NCBI RefSeq assembly: GCF_032191835.1
Contig: NC_083237.1
Span: 28,334,001-28,398,000 of the forward strand
Reading direction: 5' to 3'
DNA: 64,000 bases
DNA from: Heteronotia binoei
Taxonomy: Eukaryota
Shown: in pieces, positions 22,059-34,784 of the stretch
How positions within the stretch are numbered: position 1 is the first letter of the stretch
Layout of the letters: each line of letters starts with the position of its first letter
Translations under genes and position numbers: made by a program
The notes under the pieces: generated by a model
Seen by the model: only the letters and a program-made list of their open reading frames with translations
Databases searched by the model: none
What the model was told of the DNA's origin: nothing

Positions 22059-23845
22059 TCTCTACAGACAGGTGGGCTTTGCCCATCATAGAAGAGGGCT
22101 ACAAAATAGAGTTTGTGCAGATTCCGAACCAATCCGTGGTGATCACCACTCCCCCTTCCCCACCTCTGCTGGTGGAGGTGAACAACCTCCTACAGAAATA
22201 AGCCATAGAGAGAGTTCCGATGGAGGCCAGGACAGGAGGTTTTTACTCTCGCTACTTCCTGGTCCCCAAGAGGGACGGGGGCTTAAGACCAATTATGGAT
22301 CTTCGGAATCTGAACAAATTTATTCTGTACCAGAAGTTCAGAATGGCCACACTGCAAACAATCCTGCCCCTCATCAACCAAGGAGACTGGATGGTGACCC
22401 TGGACCTCAAGGATGCCTACTTCCATGTCAGCATCCATCCGGAGTTCAGGCGTTTCCTCAGGTTTGCAGTGGGTTCCCAGCACTTCCAGTTCAAAGCCCT
22501 TCCGTTCGGCCTGTCCACTGCACCTCGGGTGTTTACGAAGATGATGAGCGTTGTGGCTGCCCATCTCCGTCTTCAGGGAGTTGTCGTTTTTCCATACATC
22601 GACGACTGGCTCCTTGTGGCGAAGTCGAGGGAAAGTTTGTCAACGCACATTGCCATCACTCTACGTCTTCTCAACACCTTGGGGTTGCAGGTCAATTTGG
22701 AGAAATCTCATCTTACTCCGTCAAGGACAGTGCAGTTCATAGGGGCTTTGCTGGATACGAACCAGCATCGTGCATACCTGCCTTCGCAGAGGGCAAAAGA
22801 CATTGTCGGTCTGGTATAACTGCTTCAGAGGCGAAAGTAGGGGCTGATGGCGGCAACGACAAGTGCGCTACTTTTCGCAAAACTGAGAATGAGAGGCCTA
22901 CAGTTGTGGTTTCTTCGCCAGTTTCGCCCTCTCAGAGACTCACCTCGAAAGAGGTTTACCATCCCAGCCGGGACTCTGCAGACGCTACAGTGGTGGGGGT
23001 CAGAGAACAACATCTGCCAGGGAGCTCCCTTTCAACTTCTGACTCCTACTATGACGATCACCACAGATGCTTCCTTGTGAGGGTGGGGGGCCCACATGGA
23101 AGGCCTGTATGTGTGGGGCCGCTGGCCACCAAAACTGACTCAGTTCCACATAAACTATCTAGAACTGCTGGCGGTTCACTTTGCCCTACGTTCTTTCTGC
23201 CCCTTAGTGGCAGGGAGGACTGTAGCGCTGCTTACGGACAATACCACTGCCCTGTACTACATCAACAGGCAAGGAGGGACAGTGTCTCGTTGGCTCTGCG
23301 CATTGGCGATGGATCTCTGGTTCGAGTGTCTCCAGTACGATATCTTCGTGAAGGCGGCACATCTTCCGGGGGTCCTCAACCTTCAGGCAGACTCCCTCAG
23401 CAGGGGTGGGGCTTCCCCACACGAGTGGGAACTGCAGTGACGTTTCCTGAAGCCTGTATTCCAGCTTTGGGGGTGCCCGCAGCTGGATGTCTTCGCCACA
23501 GCCGAGAACAAGAAATGCCCCAGGTTCTGTTCCAGAGGGGGAGTGGATCCAGCATCTCTGGGAGACGGGCTCCTGCTTCCTTGGGAGGGCCGGTTCCTGT
23601 ACATGTTCCCGCCTCTGCCATTGTTGACGAATGTGGTCAACAAAATAGCAAGGGAGAGACCACGCTGCATCCTGGTGACTCCCTGGTGGCCTTGCCAGAA
23701 CTGGTTCGCGATCCTGCTCCAACTCTCGAGGGGGGTCTTCTACCAGTTCCCGGCAGAACCAGACCTTCTGTCAGCTCAGGGCGGGCATGTATTCCATCAC
23801 AACATGCCCCATCTGAAGCTGACAGTGTGGTTCATCGACCAGTAG
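21989..23845 (+). pseudogene. DIRS ORF2: RT, RNase H and methyltransferase-like domain, with at least five in-frame stops
   Basis: FYSRYFLVPK, LDLKDAYFH, FPYIDDW, TDASL, HINYLELLAV, TDNTTA, LDVFAT..YMFPP, all in one frame. Stops at 22199, 22817, 22838, 23078 and 23438. Confidence 0.88.
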
Positions 23846-24856
23846 GGTTCTCTGGCAGGGTCCAGCTAGTTCTTATGAACAGCAGAAAACCGTCCACCCG
23901 CGCTTCCTATGACAGGAAGTGGCGGAGATTTACCAAGTTTTTAGTTGACCCTTCGGTCTCACCTAGCAGGGTGGGATTGGCGGCAATTTTTTGCTGTCCC
24001 TAGTGGATGCGGGCCTGGTTTTCTCCTCTGTCAAAGTTTATTTGGCGGCAATATCTGCCTTCCATGATCCGGTGGAGGGGTACTCCGGTTTTGCGCACCC
24101 TCAGTCCAAGAAATTTTTGAAGGGGTTGTTTAGGCTGCATCCACCATCAAGATTGCCCCCACAGTTGTGGGACTTGACTTTAGTGCTGAACAAGCTAATC
24201 CGTCGCCCCTTTGAGCCGATGGCCACGTGCTCTTTGCAGCTCTTGTCATGGAAGACTGCATTTTTGGTTGCCATCACATCAGCACGTCGTGTTGGGGAGC
24301 TCACGGCGATGCGGTGTGATTACCCTTATCTTGTTTTTAGAGAGGCTGGGATTTCCCTGGCTCTGGACATTAGTTTTCTTCCGAAGGTGGTCTCTCAGTT
24401 CCACCTCAATTTAGAAGTTTGGTTGCCTACTTTTTACCCTAGCCCTTTCTCGGACGAGGAACGTAGGTTGCATGCTCTGGACGTTAAGCGTGCTTTACTG
24501 TTTTATTTGAAACATTCAAAGGTTTTTTCATAAGGACAAGCAGCTTTTTGTTTCGTATGCTGCTCCCAAGATAGGTTCCAGGATTTCATCTCAAAGGCTC
24601 TCAAAATGGCTCACTGAGACGATTAAACTCTTTTTTGTTGTCGAAGAAGCCGCTACCTGGGCCTGTTTGTGGACACTCCACAAGAGCGATGGCCACGTCG
24701 GTGGCGTTCCTGAGAGGCGTGTCCCTTTCTGATATCTGCAAGGCTGCCACCTGGTCTTCTCCGCATGCCTTCATGAAGCACTATGCGCTGGACGTGCATG
24801 CTCAGCAGAGGACTTGGTTGGGAACTGCGGTGCTGCAAGCTGTCTCTTCCGGTTGA
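22072..24856 (+). pseudogene. DIRS ORF3: tyrosine recombinase with a long N-terminal overlap of ORF2; frameshifted
   Basis: SRKPSTRASYDRKW, AITSARRVGEL, GHSTRAMATS, WSSPHAFMKHY distributed over ORFs 22072-24003, 23991-24533 and 24635-24856, in different frames. Confidence 0.85.
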
Positions 24857-24894
24857 CCGTCTTCCCGCCTCCAGGTATGCTTTGCTTGCTAGTC

Positions 24895-24988
24895 TCCCAT
24901 GGGTGTGAAGCACAGAGACCACAAAGAAGATAGACAGGTTGCTTACCTGTAACTGTAGATCTTCAAGTGGTCATCTGTGCATTCACAC
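24895..24988 (+). repeat. DIRS internal complementary region (ICR)
   Basis: 24895-24931 is complementary to the outer left end (19588-19624); 24935-24988 is complementary to the outer right end (25193-25246, 1 mismatch in 54). Confidence 0.9.
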
Positions 24989-25038
24989 TACCCAACCTCC
25001 TTCCCCACTGCTGATGGTCTCCCTCCAGTAGGGGCTTC

Positions 25039-25246
25039 CAGCGGTCAGGAAGGAACTGGCGGGATCTCCGTGCTGGTGCCGGTGAGCATGCGTACTGGGA
25101 CGCCTGCGCATGCCCATTGGTGCCAAGCGCGGAAAAATCCCAGGCCTTTCAGATACCGATTTGGGGATCGGCGCAGGCACTCTATCCCATGGGTGTGAAT
25201 GCACAGATGACCACTCGAAGATCTACAGTTACAGGTAAGCAACCTG
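25039..25246 (-). repeat. DIRS right inverted terminal repeat with 3' extension
   Basis: Inverted copy of the left ITR plus ~24 extra nt that match only the ICR. Confidence 0.85.
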
Positions 25247-25772
25247 ACTTCTCTCACATTTTCCCATGGGTAGCATTCAGGCTGAAGCCTCAATTATCCT
25301 TTTCTGAGAGGAAACAGAGACACTCCCTATTATAACTATGGGTGCAGCTTATTTGTAGTCCCAACTCGTCTTCCTGAGAAGGACTCCATTAAATCTCTGC
25401 TGCCCCATGTCTTCACATTATGAGGTGGAGGTGGGGGGTGCTGAGGCTGAAAGACACCAAGTTGCCTGGCGCCAGTTAATGTATTCCTGGCTGTTGAGCC
25501 TGAAATACCTTGGCTCAGTAACTTTGCTCTGCCAGCTGTAAAGTACTTAGAAGCATTTTTGCTGAATTGCACCTAAAATGTTCAAGGAAGTAGCCTCGGT
25601 GAAGGAGAATGAAATCTGCTTAAAAGCTGGGAAGCAGTGGTAAAGTAGTGAAGAGAGTCAGACAAAAGTTCAAATTAAACTGCCAGAATGACTTTAGAGA
25701 AGTTACTGTTGTGCCTTTGAGTTTGTATCACAGCTTTGTATTGAGAATAAAATAGCATGGCAGGGAGAGAAT

Positions 25773-26190
25773 GTGGGGACCCTGTTATACCATTCTAAGT
25801 ATCATAAAGAAAAACCAAAAGAAACCAAATTAAAAACTACTAGAGGACAGGCATTCTCTACAAAGGCCCCCCAATGGTGGAATCAACTGCCGGAAGAGGT
25901 GCGGGCCCTACAGGATCTTAACCAGTTCTGTAGGGCCTGCAAAACTGCCCTCTTCCAGCTAGCTTTTTAAGACGGAACTCCTGATAAGATCAATAACGCC
26001 GAGCCATCTTACACATAATTTGATTGTATTACAATGTCATGTTGTTTTATTGGTTTTACTGTTTAAATTATTAATTTTATTATATATTGTTTTATTGTAT
26101 CATGGTTTTACCATGTCTTGTTAGCCACCCTGAGCCTGCCTAGGCGGGGAGGGCGGGGTAGAAATAAAAAGTTTATTTATTTATTATTAT
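25773..26190 (+). mobile_element. L2-like LINE 3' fragment
   Basis: C-terminal RGQAFSTKAPQWWNQLPEEVR..FCRACKTALF, then GTTAGCCACCCTGAGCC..AATAAA and a TTTA/TTA tail. Confidence 0.7.
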
Positions 26191-29100
26191 TAAAACAAAA
26201 TGACAATCACCATGAATAAATTCAACACACCCAACAGTGATCACTGGCCTAACAAAGGCAAGGTGAAAGGAAATCTCCAGGTTTGGGCAGCTCCTCTTTC
26301 TCTCCCTTCTAATCTTATCTCATGGAAGACAAACATCAGACTTCAAGCCTGCAGTGTGAGCCTAACTTCAGTTTTATCCAAAAGGCAGGAAGGAGAGCAC
26401 AGAGGTGACTTGATTAACATCATCAGAGTCTCATCAGCTGCACACAAATAACCTTGTGACAATGAATGAAAAAACACAACGTACCTTTCGTGCTGCCAGT
26501 TTCTCATGCGTCAGGAATGTGGTCTCACATACTTAAAACAACTGACTCACAAGTTCTCAAAAAGTAATGACAGGCACAATTAAGCCAACACCCATTTATG
26601 GAGAACCTTGAGCATTTGTGCTAACAGCCAGAGTGTGGGGGGGAGAAGATAAAACGTGACAGGAGTTAAAATTAAAGCCTTAATTAAGTAAACAATGACC
26701 CAAGTGGGAATGTGCTGCTAGGCCCAGAACACAGTCATAGGCGAATGGGAGTATAGCTCTGGAGACCAAAAACAAGCTGGCGCTGTAGAGACAGAAACTG
26801 AAACTAGTTCCCAAACCTCTTACCCCCAGGGAAACTTTTGACTTTGTGTCTTGTCAAGTAATCTCATGTACTTCAAAAGCTTCACAGCCTGTTCTCAGGC
26901 ATTGTCCCTTTACATTGGGTGTTGGCCAGACATGATAGGCCTTAGACCTGCTGTGTGTAAATGAAGGTCAAAACACAACACTAAAAGCATGGATGTTACT
27001 GAAAACACCTGTATGTTTACATTCCCCTTTCACTGTCCAAGACAGCAGCCAATGATATGTGGTGGAAACTAGCAAACCTGCAGTGCCTTGACTGAGGTAA
27101 ATTTTTTGGATATTGTAACTGAATGCAAGAGGATCTGGGAGGAAAAGGGTTAAGAGAAGTCTCTCACTCAGGTACACTTGGCAGTTGGTTTCAACCTCTC
27201 ATCGATTAGATGTTGAGCCTCTTTGACCATCGATTGTCTTCTGTTTCATTTTATATAGGACCTCTCTTTTCTCTCTTACACAGGCTATAGCAAGTTAGCC
27301 TTTTAAAAATTAATCTGTTCCTAATAAGTGAGCTATACCTACATGAAATATGTCATGCAAAATATGCTTCTATTTTTTGTAAGTAAAATTTATTCCTCTA
27401 GTCAGATTATTTTTCTAATTTTCTAATCAGACTGGAGTCAGATCATTTTTCTAATTTGTTTGAACAGCATTTTCCTCTTAACTAGGAAATGTAGAGGATC
27501 CAGAATACTGTGTGAAGGTTTTGTGCTTCCAGGGCACCTGGGATTTTTTTACACTTAACCCAATACAATTGCCCTAGGTTAGTATTATAGAGCTGCAGAA
27601 AAGAATTAAAAGCACAGCAGCTGCTTTCAGCATTTAATGTGACATGCAATCATTGCCTAGGAAACAAGTTATTACACCAATTGCCAACAAAATCTCCTTT
27701 CCCAATCCTCATCCTCCAGAATTACTGACACGTAAACCTGGTTCCAGTGTTGTTCCCCCACCCCCCACCATGAAACCTTACCTAAACAGAACTTGATAAC
27801 AGCATATCTGTCTATCTGAAACTCTGGTTACCTGAAACATTTAGATGTCTGCCAAAGCAGCTAGCTAGCTTTGCAGGGATTATACTACAAAATGTGACTG
27901 GTTTCCTGCTTGGAAACATTCCAAAGGTTTGTACTTTAATTATGCAGCAGGGAAGGAAAGGTATTTTCTATCACTCATTGAGAAAAATGCTTTCCGGCAG
28001 TGGGTTTGCATTTTGCCATTAGGCAGCGGGCAAGGGAGGGGAAAGTCTGGTCTTTTGGATCCAAACACTGCTATTTCTTCCCTCCTGAACTGTACCTTCT
28101 TCCTACACTCAATCCGATCAGAAACTACTACATATTTTAGATATCCAAAAAGGTACATATTTTTATTAGCATACATACATAGTAGGCAGGCCTCAGATTC
28201 AGAAGGAGCTCAGAGCACAGCTCCTGAACCTTTCTGAGGGTTCCCCCTCCTCCTCCCCACCTTGTCTATTGAATAGTAGGTGCAGCAGCATAACAATCCC
28301 TGGATGAGCTTCACCACCTATTTTTCTACAAAACGACCCCTGAGTAGAGAACATATTTTGGCTTGCCTCAGCAGCTATTACTCTTCCACTGCCCCAAGTT
28401 CTTTAAGTACAACAAATTTTGGAAACTGAATGGATCCATTTTAAACTTTATGTCAGGGTTTGACTGTATTCAAATATTACTGCAAACAAGTTTGTTCACA
28501 AGAGGCACAAGCACAGCTGTGTGCCATGTTGTATTTCTTTGCTCTTATATCTTTATTTAGGAAACCTAGAATCCAAATGCAGTTCTACATGCAGGCACTT
28601 GGGCAAATTTGGGAGTTTGTTGCCCTTTGTCTCTAACCTCCTCCGCAAATCAGGATTCTGAACTGAGATTAAGCAGAGGTATATAATCCCAGGTGGTGGA
28701 GAACAAAAGCCAGTTCTGCCTAGGCACCTTCAGGTTTCTCAAACACAGAAAGACTTTATTTGTGCACTGCACACTTGAGGAGGAAAAGTGTTCCCAAACT
28801 GCCAGAAGATACATTCATACCCAACAGATGAAGCTGTTGGTCATGACACCTGACTACAGCCACCGGTGGGATATCTCCAAAGGCCAACAGGAAGCAAAAG
28901 ACTGGTCTCACCCGGCTCAAAGTCTATGAGCCTTTCCCATGCAGAGAAACTGGGGGAGGAGAGGGCTACACCTTGCTACACAGCATGCAGTCAGAAAAAT
29001 ATTTGTGGCTCTTATTGGTCCATTTACATATGCTAGTTACTCAATGCATTTCTCATATTATTGCAGCAATATTCACATACTTTGGCTCTTTCCCAGCTGT

Positions 29101-30599
29101 TCCTCTTACACACATCAATATCATGCACACACAAACATGCACACCCCAAAGGAGGAGTTAACCTACTCCAGCAGCCACACTATAAGCCAGCATCCTTATA
29201 GGAATGTGGGTGGAGCGCCCATCAGGCTAAGCAACTCAAAGCAGGGACTCCTGTCCTTGTTCAATTCCACTGCAGGGAGGGCCCCATCAATGGAAACACT
29301 TCAGCAGCAGCTTAAGAGAGAATGAGTTAATCCATGTTAAAGAAATCAAGTTAAGGCTCCGCACAAAGTCAGGAGAAGGAGGCTGATGAAGTGTTTACTA
29401 TCGAAATCACGAGGAGTCCTGCAGTAAGCGGTTCCTTACTTTCTCCGCACCATTTGGAGCTGAACGCTGAGTTGAAAAGTTTTCACCCACCTCTGTACTT
29501 AACTTGAAGAAGTCATTTATCAGGCTGTGGGAAGACTTTGTGGGGACGTTTTATATATTGCATACTCAGTGTTCTGTACTTCTTGTTCTTTTCAGTTTTG
29601 CACTAAATATATTCACACATGGTTTATGTAGAGGTTACATTGTTTCCAGTGGTTTTCTTATATTGTTTACAACCACAGGGGTAGCTGTAAACCTCCCCCT
29701 CCCACTGAAGAAAGAAAGATGGAAGGAAGGTCTCAATGAGGCAAGAATGGATGGCTATAACACGAAAAATCTAGACTCACAGAATATCCCTGGCCCCAGG
29801 CTACTTACCAAGACATTGTCATTTCTCGCTGGAGACAACAAAACGTTAAAGGGAAAATTTTAAAAAGGAGATAGCAACAAACCTTCAAAAACAGCCACCA
29901 CCATGGAAAGAAGGGAAACTAATGGGAAACCACACAGAAAAGGATACCAAGTGCACACGTGTGTGGGGGCATGTCACGACATCTTTATTAAATAAAAAGA
30001 CTCAAGTAATTTCAGAAAACACAGCCAAATTTCAGCTTTTCAGCACATCTGCTTTTTAAAAAGGTGCAATACTGTAAATCCATTATATAGCAGCTGAAGT
30101 CAGGTGAGGAGGAAGGGGGCAGAACACTGAATAGTAACATCATGCCTCCTACCCCACCATTCCCTCAGAATGTATTTCCTCAGAAGCGTCCAGAACCTGA
30201 GGTCAATGTTCAGGGCATGGTGTTTGGTTTCTTACTTCATTACCCCACTCATTCCCTCCAATATGGCACCTCCACCTCCCTCATTAGAGCCCCCTTTTGA
30301 GGTTCCTCAGAGGTTTATTCTGCTCAGGTAAGAGGGACAAAGAGCTCTGATGAGCAAAAGGGGTGTGGAATTTTTGAATAACCTCCTCCCATCATTCTCG
30401 ACTTCTGCCCTTCCTTAGGTCGCAGCTAAGTATTACAGAAAAACGAGGCGACAGAATTCTGAGGTGCCAAAATGGGCTGCCCCACTTCAGACTGCAGGTA
30501 TGGGTGTGTGTGGTGGGGGGGAGGGGCACATTTTTTATTATTTTCCAAACTTGCACTCTGTGAATAGCGAAACTTTCCTCCCTTCCAGGTCTCAGTGTT

Positions 30600-30709
30600 C
30601 TATTGGATCTTAACTTCGGGTTGCTGCTGGATCTGAGGAGGTTCTGCTTGGTTCTGTGGAGCAGCAGGGTCCGGAGCTCCAGGGTGGGAACCAGGTGGGA
30701 CTGCCTGGT
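30600..30709 (-). CDS. NUCB1: NUCB1 last coding exon
   Basis: Acceptor TTTGCAG|AC; DQAVPPGSHPGAPD...QQQPEVKIQ*; phase matches the previous exon. Candidate poly(A) signal at 29984-29989. Confidence 0.75.
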
Positions 30710-31868
30710 CTGCAAAGTGAAGACAAAAGGAGTTTGTGGCTGCTGCTTTGCAATGGTTCTAGTACTCACATTCACTTAATCAGTTTCAGAATCTTTAGTC
30801 AGCCCCTCAGCAGGGCATTTAAATTGCCAAAGAACAGGAGTCTCCAACAGGGCTGTAACCAGGATTTTAAAAGTCGGGAGGCTTTTTTAAAAGCCAGGGG
30901 GCACCCTTTCCCAACCACTGCGGGGCTTACTGCTTCTTAGAAGCTTTCTGGCATAGGGGCAAAAGCTGAAGGCTCTGAAAATGGCCAAGTTGAGGCAGCC
31001 AACCATAAAACTTCGGAGTCTCAAGAAGGGACTGCACCTTGCATGCAAGCAGGGGGGTTTCCTTCCACCTCCCTCTCCCCCACTCTGGCACTTTGAAACC
31101 AACAGCTCCATCTGTCCCCCCCTCCCCAGCCCATTCCACGTGGCTTCCTCCGCTTCCCTCTCCTCCACCCACCTCCTCTCCACCTGCTGCTTTTGCTCCT
31201 GCAGTGCACTGCACCCTGCTCAGCTCTCCCAGCTCCAGCTACTGTTGATGACACTTTGGTGGCTCAGCCATGGCAAAAAAAGGGAAAAAGCAGTCTGGCT
31301 CCTGGAAGTCAGGGCACAGTGCCCTCACAGGCCCCCCTGAAGCTACAGGCCTGGTCTCCAGTGTGGTGCCCATCAGTGCCATGGCACCCTCCACACGTTT
31401 TCTGGTGCTCGCCAAGTGTTTTTAGGAAGTGGGTGGGGCCAGGTAGGGCTTTTGCCCAGCAAGGCTTTTGACCAGCTGTGATATTTTAAAATGTTGCTTT
31501 GGCAGCAACTCCCACCACAACACAAGGATTTGCACTGTGTCACCAAAGTTAAGCTACAGCTATCATTTTGTGGCCGGCTCCACCTCCAGCAGCAGCCATT
31601 TTCTTGCTGCGCCCACCACGATGTGTCAGAATTCCAAAGGTGCCCATAGGCTCAAAAAGGTTGGGCACTCCTGGCTCCTGAAAATCCATCTTCGTACTTT
31701 GGCAACTATGACCAGAGTCCCTGCAGTGCTTTTTAAGATGTCAACAACCTGAACTGACTGCATCAACAAATGCTAAACTCTCCCAGGAATAGTCAAGCAA
31801 GCCAACTCCTTTCCCATCTAAGGAGACTAAACTCCATCCAGAGAATCCAGGGAGTTTCTGGCTCTTAC

Positions 31869-31983
31869 CTGCTGGGGCCGCATGGGGAGGCTGCGCCTGA
31901 AACTTCAGCTCACCCCCCGGTCCAGCCAGGTGTCCTTGTTCGGCCTGTGGCTGAGATTTCCTCTGTTCCATCTGGAGCACAGC
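31869..31983 (-). CDS. NUCB1: NUCB1 coding exon 11
   Basis: AVLQMEQRKSQPQAEQGHLAGPGGELKFQ; AG/GT boundaries, phase 0 to 1. Confidence 0.85.
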
Positions 31984-32329
31984 CTGCAAAAAATATAAAG
32001 TTTAACAGGTTCTCACTCCCGTACAATAGGTAGGAACGCCAACTGGCCATCTTTCCCTCGCATACTTTCCCATCCACCTGATGCAGCAGCATCTCAGAAT
32101 TTTGCACCAGGAACTCCTTGAGAGGCTGTGGGATGACAGTAGAACATCCGCAAGGCACAACTTTCTATCCCTGGCATCTCTGCTTAAGGGAGCTGCAGGA
32201 AAATACTACTGTTTGATTTTGGGTTTGTTTGCATACCACTCAACAGCTGCCAATCAGAAAAGGCAATACTGAGTTAGATGGGCCAATGGTCTGACTTTAT
32301 GTAAGGCAGCTTCATGTGTCTGGTGGTGG

Positions 32330-32528
32330 AAAGTGCTGTCAAGGCACAACTGACTTATGGCAACCCTCTAAGGTTTTCAAGGCAAGAGATGTTCAGAAGT
32401 TGTTTGCCACTGCCTGCCTCTGCGTCACAACCTTGGTCTTCCTTGGAGGTCTCCCATTCAAATACTAGCCAGGGCTGATCCTGCTTAGCTTCCGAGATCA
32501 GGCTAGCCTGGGCTGTCCTAGTCAGGGT
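32330..32528 (-). mobile_element. 5S rRNA-derived SINE
   Basis: On -, GCTAGCCTGATCTCGGAAGCTAAGCAGGATCAGCCCTGGCTAGTATTTGAATGGGAGACC resembles the 5S rRNA internal promoter region; relatives near 15.2-15.4, 16.1-16.2, 48.86-49.0 (+) and 53.2-53.3 kb. Confidence 0.65.
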
Positions 32529-32831
32529 TCATGTGCCTAGCCATTAACAATTGTTGGTTGTTTTTTGTGCCTAGTAAGCAGCACACATATCTGTAAGAGT
32601 CAGAAAGCAAGATGCTGCCAGAGATTCCACATGTTAGGATACATTAATATCCAGAAGTAACTACCTATAAAAAGATCATCAGGGAACTTGTTTACGGGCT
32701 TCACCGATCCATGAGACTCCGTTGCCACCACATTTCTCAGGAGAAGCAGGAGTCTATGAGTCAAAGTACACCAAATGCTTTCTTTCCTACACACGCAACT
32801 AGAAGAGAGTGTCCTGTCCGATGCTCCCTAC

Positions 32832-33002
32832 CTGTTGATACTCCTTCTTTTGAGCATCCAGCTGCACCTGCCGCTGCTGAAGTTCTTCATGCTGCCGGCG
32901 GAGCTGTTCTGCACGCCGGCCAAGCTCCGCCTCCTGGGCTGCTAACTCCACCTCAAAGCGCTGAAGCTCCGCCTCGGAATAGACCTGCGTTTCTTCCACT
33001 GT
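32832..33002 (-). CDS. NUCB1: NUCB1 coding exon 10 (coiled coil/leucine zipper)
   Basis: TVEETQVYSEAELQRFEVELAAQEAELGRRAEQL; 171 nt, AG/GT. Confidence 0.9.
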
Positions 33003-34024
33003 CTGGATGGGGGAGGAGGAGGAGACAGAAATGGAGCTGGGTCAGTGGACCATGAGACCGGTTATCCCAAAAAGTTTACCTGCCCTTATGCTTCTTCTGT
33101 GTGCATGTTCATCAATCTTTCCTCTGGCATTTCATCCCAGTTGCTAATTGCCAAATTCATATCACATATTTCTAACTAAATGCTTAAAATGGAAATACAA
33201 CAGCTAAACAGAAATATTAACTGCTAAGATTTCACTCATCTTCTCTTGGAAAGTGGATTTCTACTAGTTTAGCTAATTTTCTTCCAAGATTTTATTTCTA
33301 GATTTAAAGGCACCCCACAAGCACTGGGAAGGCACCAATAGTTTAGGCATTAGAAACTCCAGAATGTTTTCATAAGGTTCAAGTCCTGAAGCCTCATATT
33401 AACATTAACCCACCATTTATTTAGGATGCTGTGATTTATCCTTGAACTAGGCTGAATCACAGATCCAAACACAAGAACTCTCATACTGTAGTGGAGGTCT
33501 AGACCAGGGTAAAAAAAATTGCCCTGAGGCAGAAAACACATGCCTTAATTCCCAGTCATGTATAACTAAGTCAACCCAACAGACTTAGCTTGACCACAAA
33601 CTGTGCAATGCATACACACTCAACTTTGTCTCTCCAAGTAAGACGCTCTCTTCTCTAATGACTCACTGAAGTGACAGAGAAAGCACACCCTGAGCAGTGT
33701 TCCCTCTAAGCTGAGTTAGTGTGAGCTAGCTCACAATTTTTTAGCTTCTGGCTCACACTGTCTTAGTTCAGGAAAAATGCCCCCACAGCAAACTAATTTA
33801 TGCAGTAGAGTAGCTCACAACTTTAGTGCCAATAGCTCACAAAGTAGAATATTTGCTCACAAGACTCCACAGCTTAAAGGAAGCATCGGCTATGAGCAGT
33901 CATTAGCTAAGTTTATCCCTGCAGCTAAATCATGAGCTTGCTGCAGGACTCCAGAAGGGAACCAGCTGCTACTAGCTATGCGCTTCTTCTGCCCTTGAAT
34001 CATGGCTTTGAAACCCTCACACAC

Positions 34025-34114
34025 CTTCCATCCATCAGCTTCATTAAATTCCTTCTTCTGTGTCGATTTTAGAAACTCATCCAGGTTCACTAGCCTGTCC
34101 CTGTTTAGATCCAC
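34025..34114 (-). CDS. NUCB1: NUCB1 coding exon 9 (EF-hand 2, G-alpha-binding motif)
   Basis: VDLNRDRLVNLDEFLKSTQKKEF; 90 nt, AG/GT. Confidence 0.92.
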
Positions 34115-34598
34115 CTGCAAGAAAGAAAAGTCGTGCAATGTCACCACCTTCAAAAGGTTCCTTTCAGTTTCCAGCAGCTGACTTCCATTCCTACTTGTAT
34201 CTGATGAAAGAAACTTTGACTCTGGAAACTCTTGTCACACTCTAGGGTGCTACCAGACTTGAATCAAACTGTCCCTTCTTTCAGACATCTTTCCTAAAAA
34301 GTTTTTCAGAGTTTTAGACTTTGGGACCAAAATGGGAATTACAGTTATCCAACTTTCACCAGCAGTCTTTTGAAGTACATTAGGGACAAGGCAGAGAGAG
34401 ACCCTGAAGGCTCCTCCAGCAAATTCAAGCAAAGGCAAGACCAGAGCCTTGTACAAAGCACCAGATTTCAGGCCTGTTTCTATCACCTCTACTCAAAAAC
34501 AAAACAGAAAGCCCCACCTGTATCTACCCGTCCTAACCTGCCCACCCAAAGAGAAACTGTCCTGTCCATCCTTCCCCCCAACAGTCCCCTTTGCTTAC

Positions 34599-34691
34599 AT
34601 TTTTCATGACATGTTCACGCATGCGCAGCCGCTCTTCTTCCATTTCTAGCATGTCGTCTTCCTCGTTACGGGGATCATATACTTTCTCCAG
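34599..34691 (-). CDS. NUCB1: NUCB1 coding exon 8
   Basis: [31 protein letters not shown]; 93 nt. Confidence 0.93.
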
Positions 34692-34784
34692 CTACAAGGC
34701 AGGGAGGAAGACAGGGGGTCAGATCCCAAGATATACAGTCATTTCTTTTCTCCAATCTATAGCAAGCAAGGGCAGAGGGCAAAT

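Larger units (their letters stand above)
19584..25249 (+). mobile_element. DIRS1-type tyrosine-recombinase retrotransposon, degenerate
   Basis: Inverted terminal repeats, internal complementary region, gag-like, RT/RH/MT-like and YR coding remnants; no TSD. Ends approximate to within a few nt. Confidence 0.93.

Noticed and set aside
29380-29472. CpG-rich patch with CTGATGA...CGAAA...GTC and a later CTGA: candidate hammerhead ribozyme, C/D snoRNA or SECIS
   Set aside because: Hammerhead stems I-III do not close properly (3 extra nt before GAAA, weak pairing). The C/D terminal stem is weak and there is no + strand host intron. The SECIS GA quartet is missing on the 3' side.
25300-29900. Search for DHDH or other gene exons downstream of NUCB1
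   Set aside because: No translated segment resembles DHDH or any protein I recognise; isolated splice-like sites do not chain in phase.
30927-31340. G-rich ORFs as a candidate NUCB1 last exon
   Set aside because: They lie within a MITE-like insert. The exon at 30600-30709 has a proper acceptor, correct phase and a NUCB1-like C-terminus.
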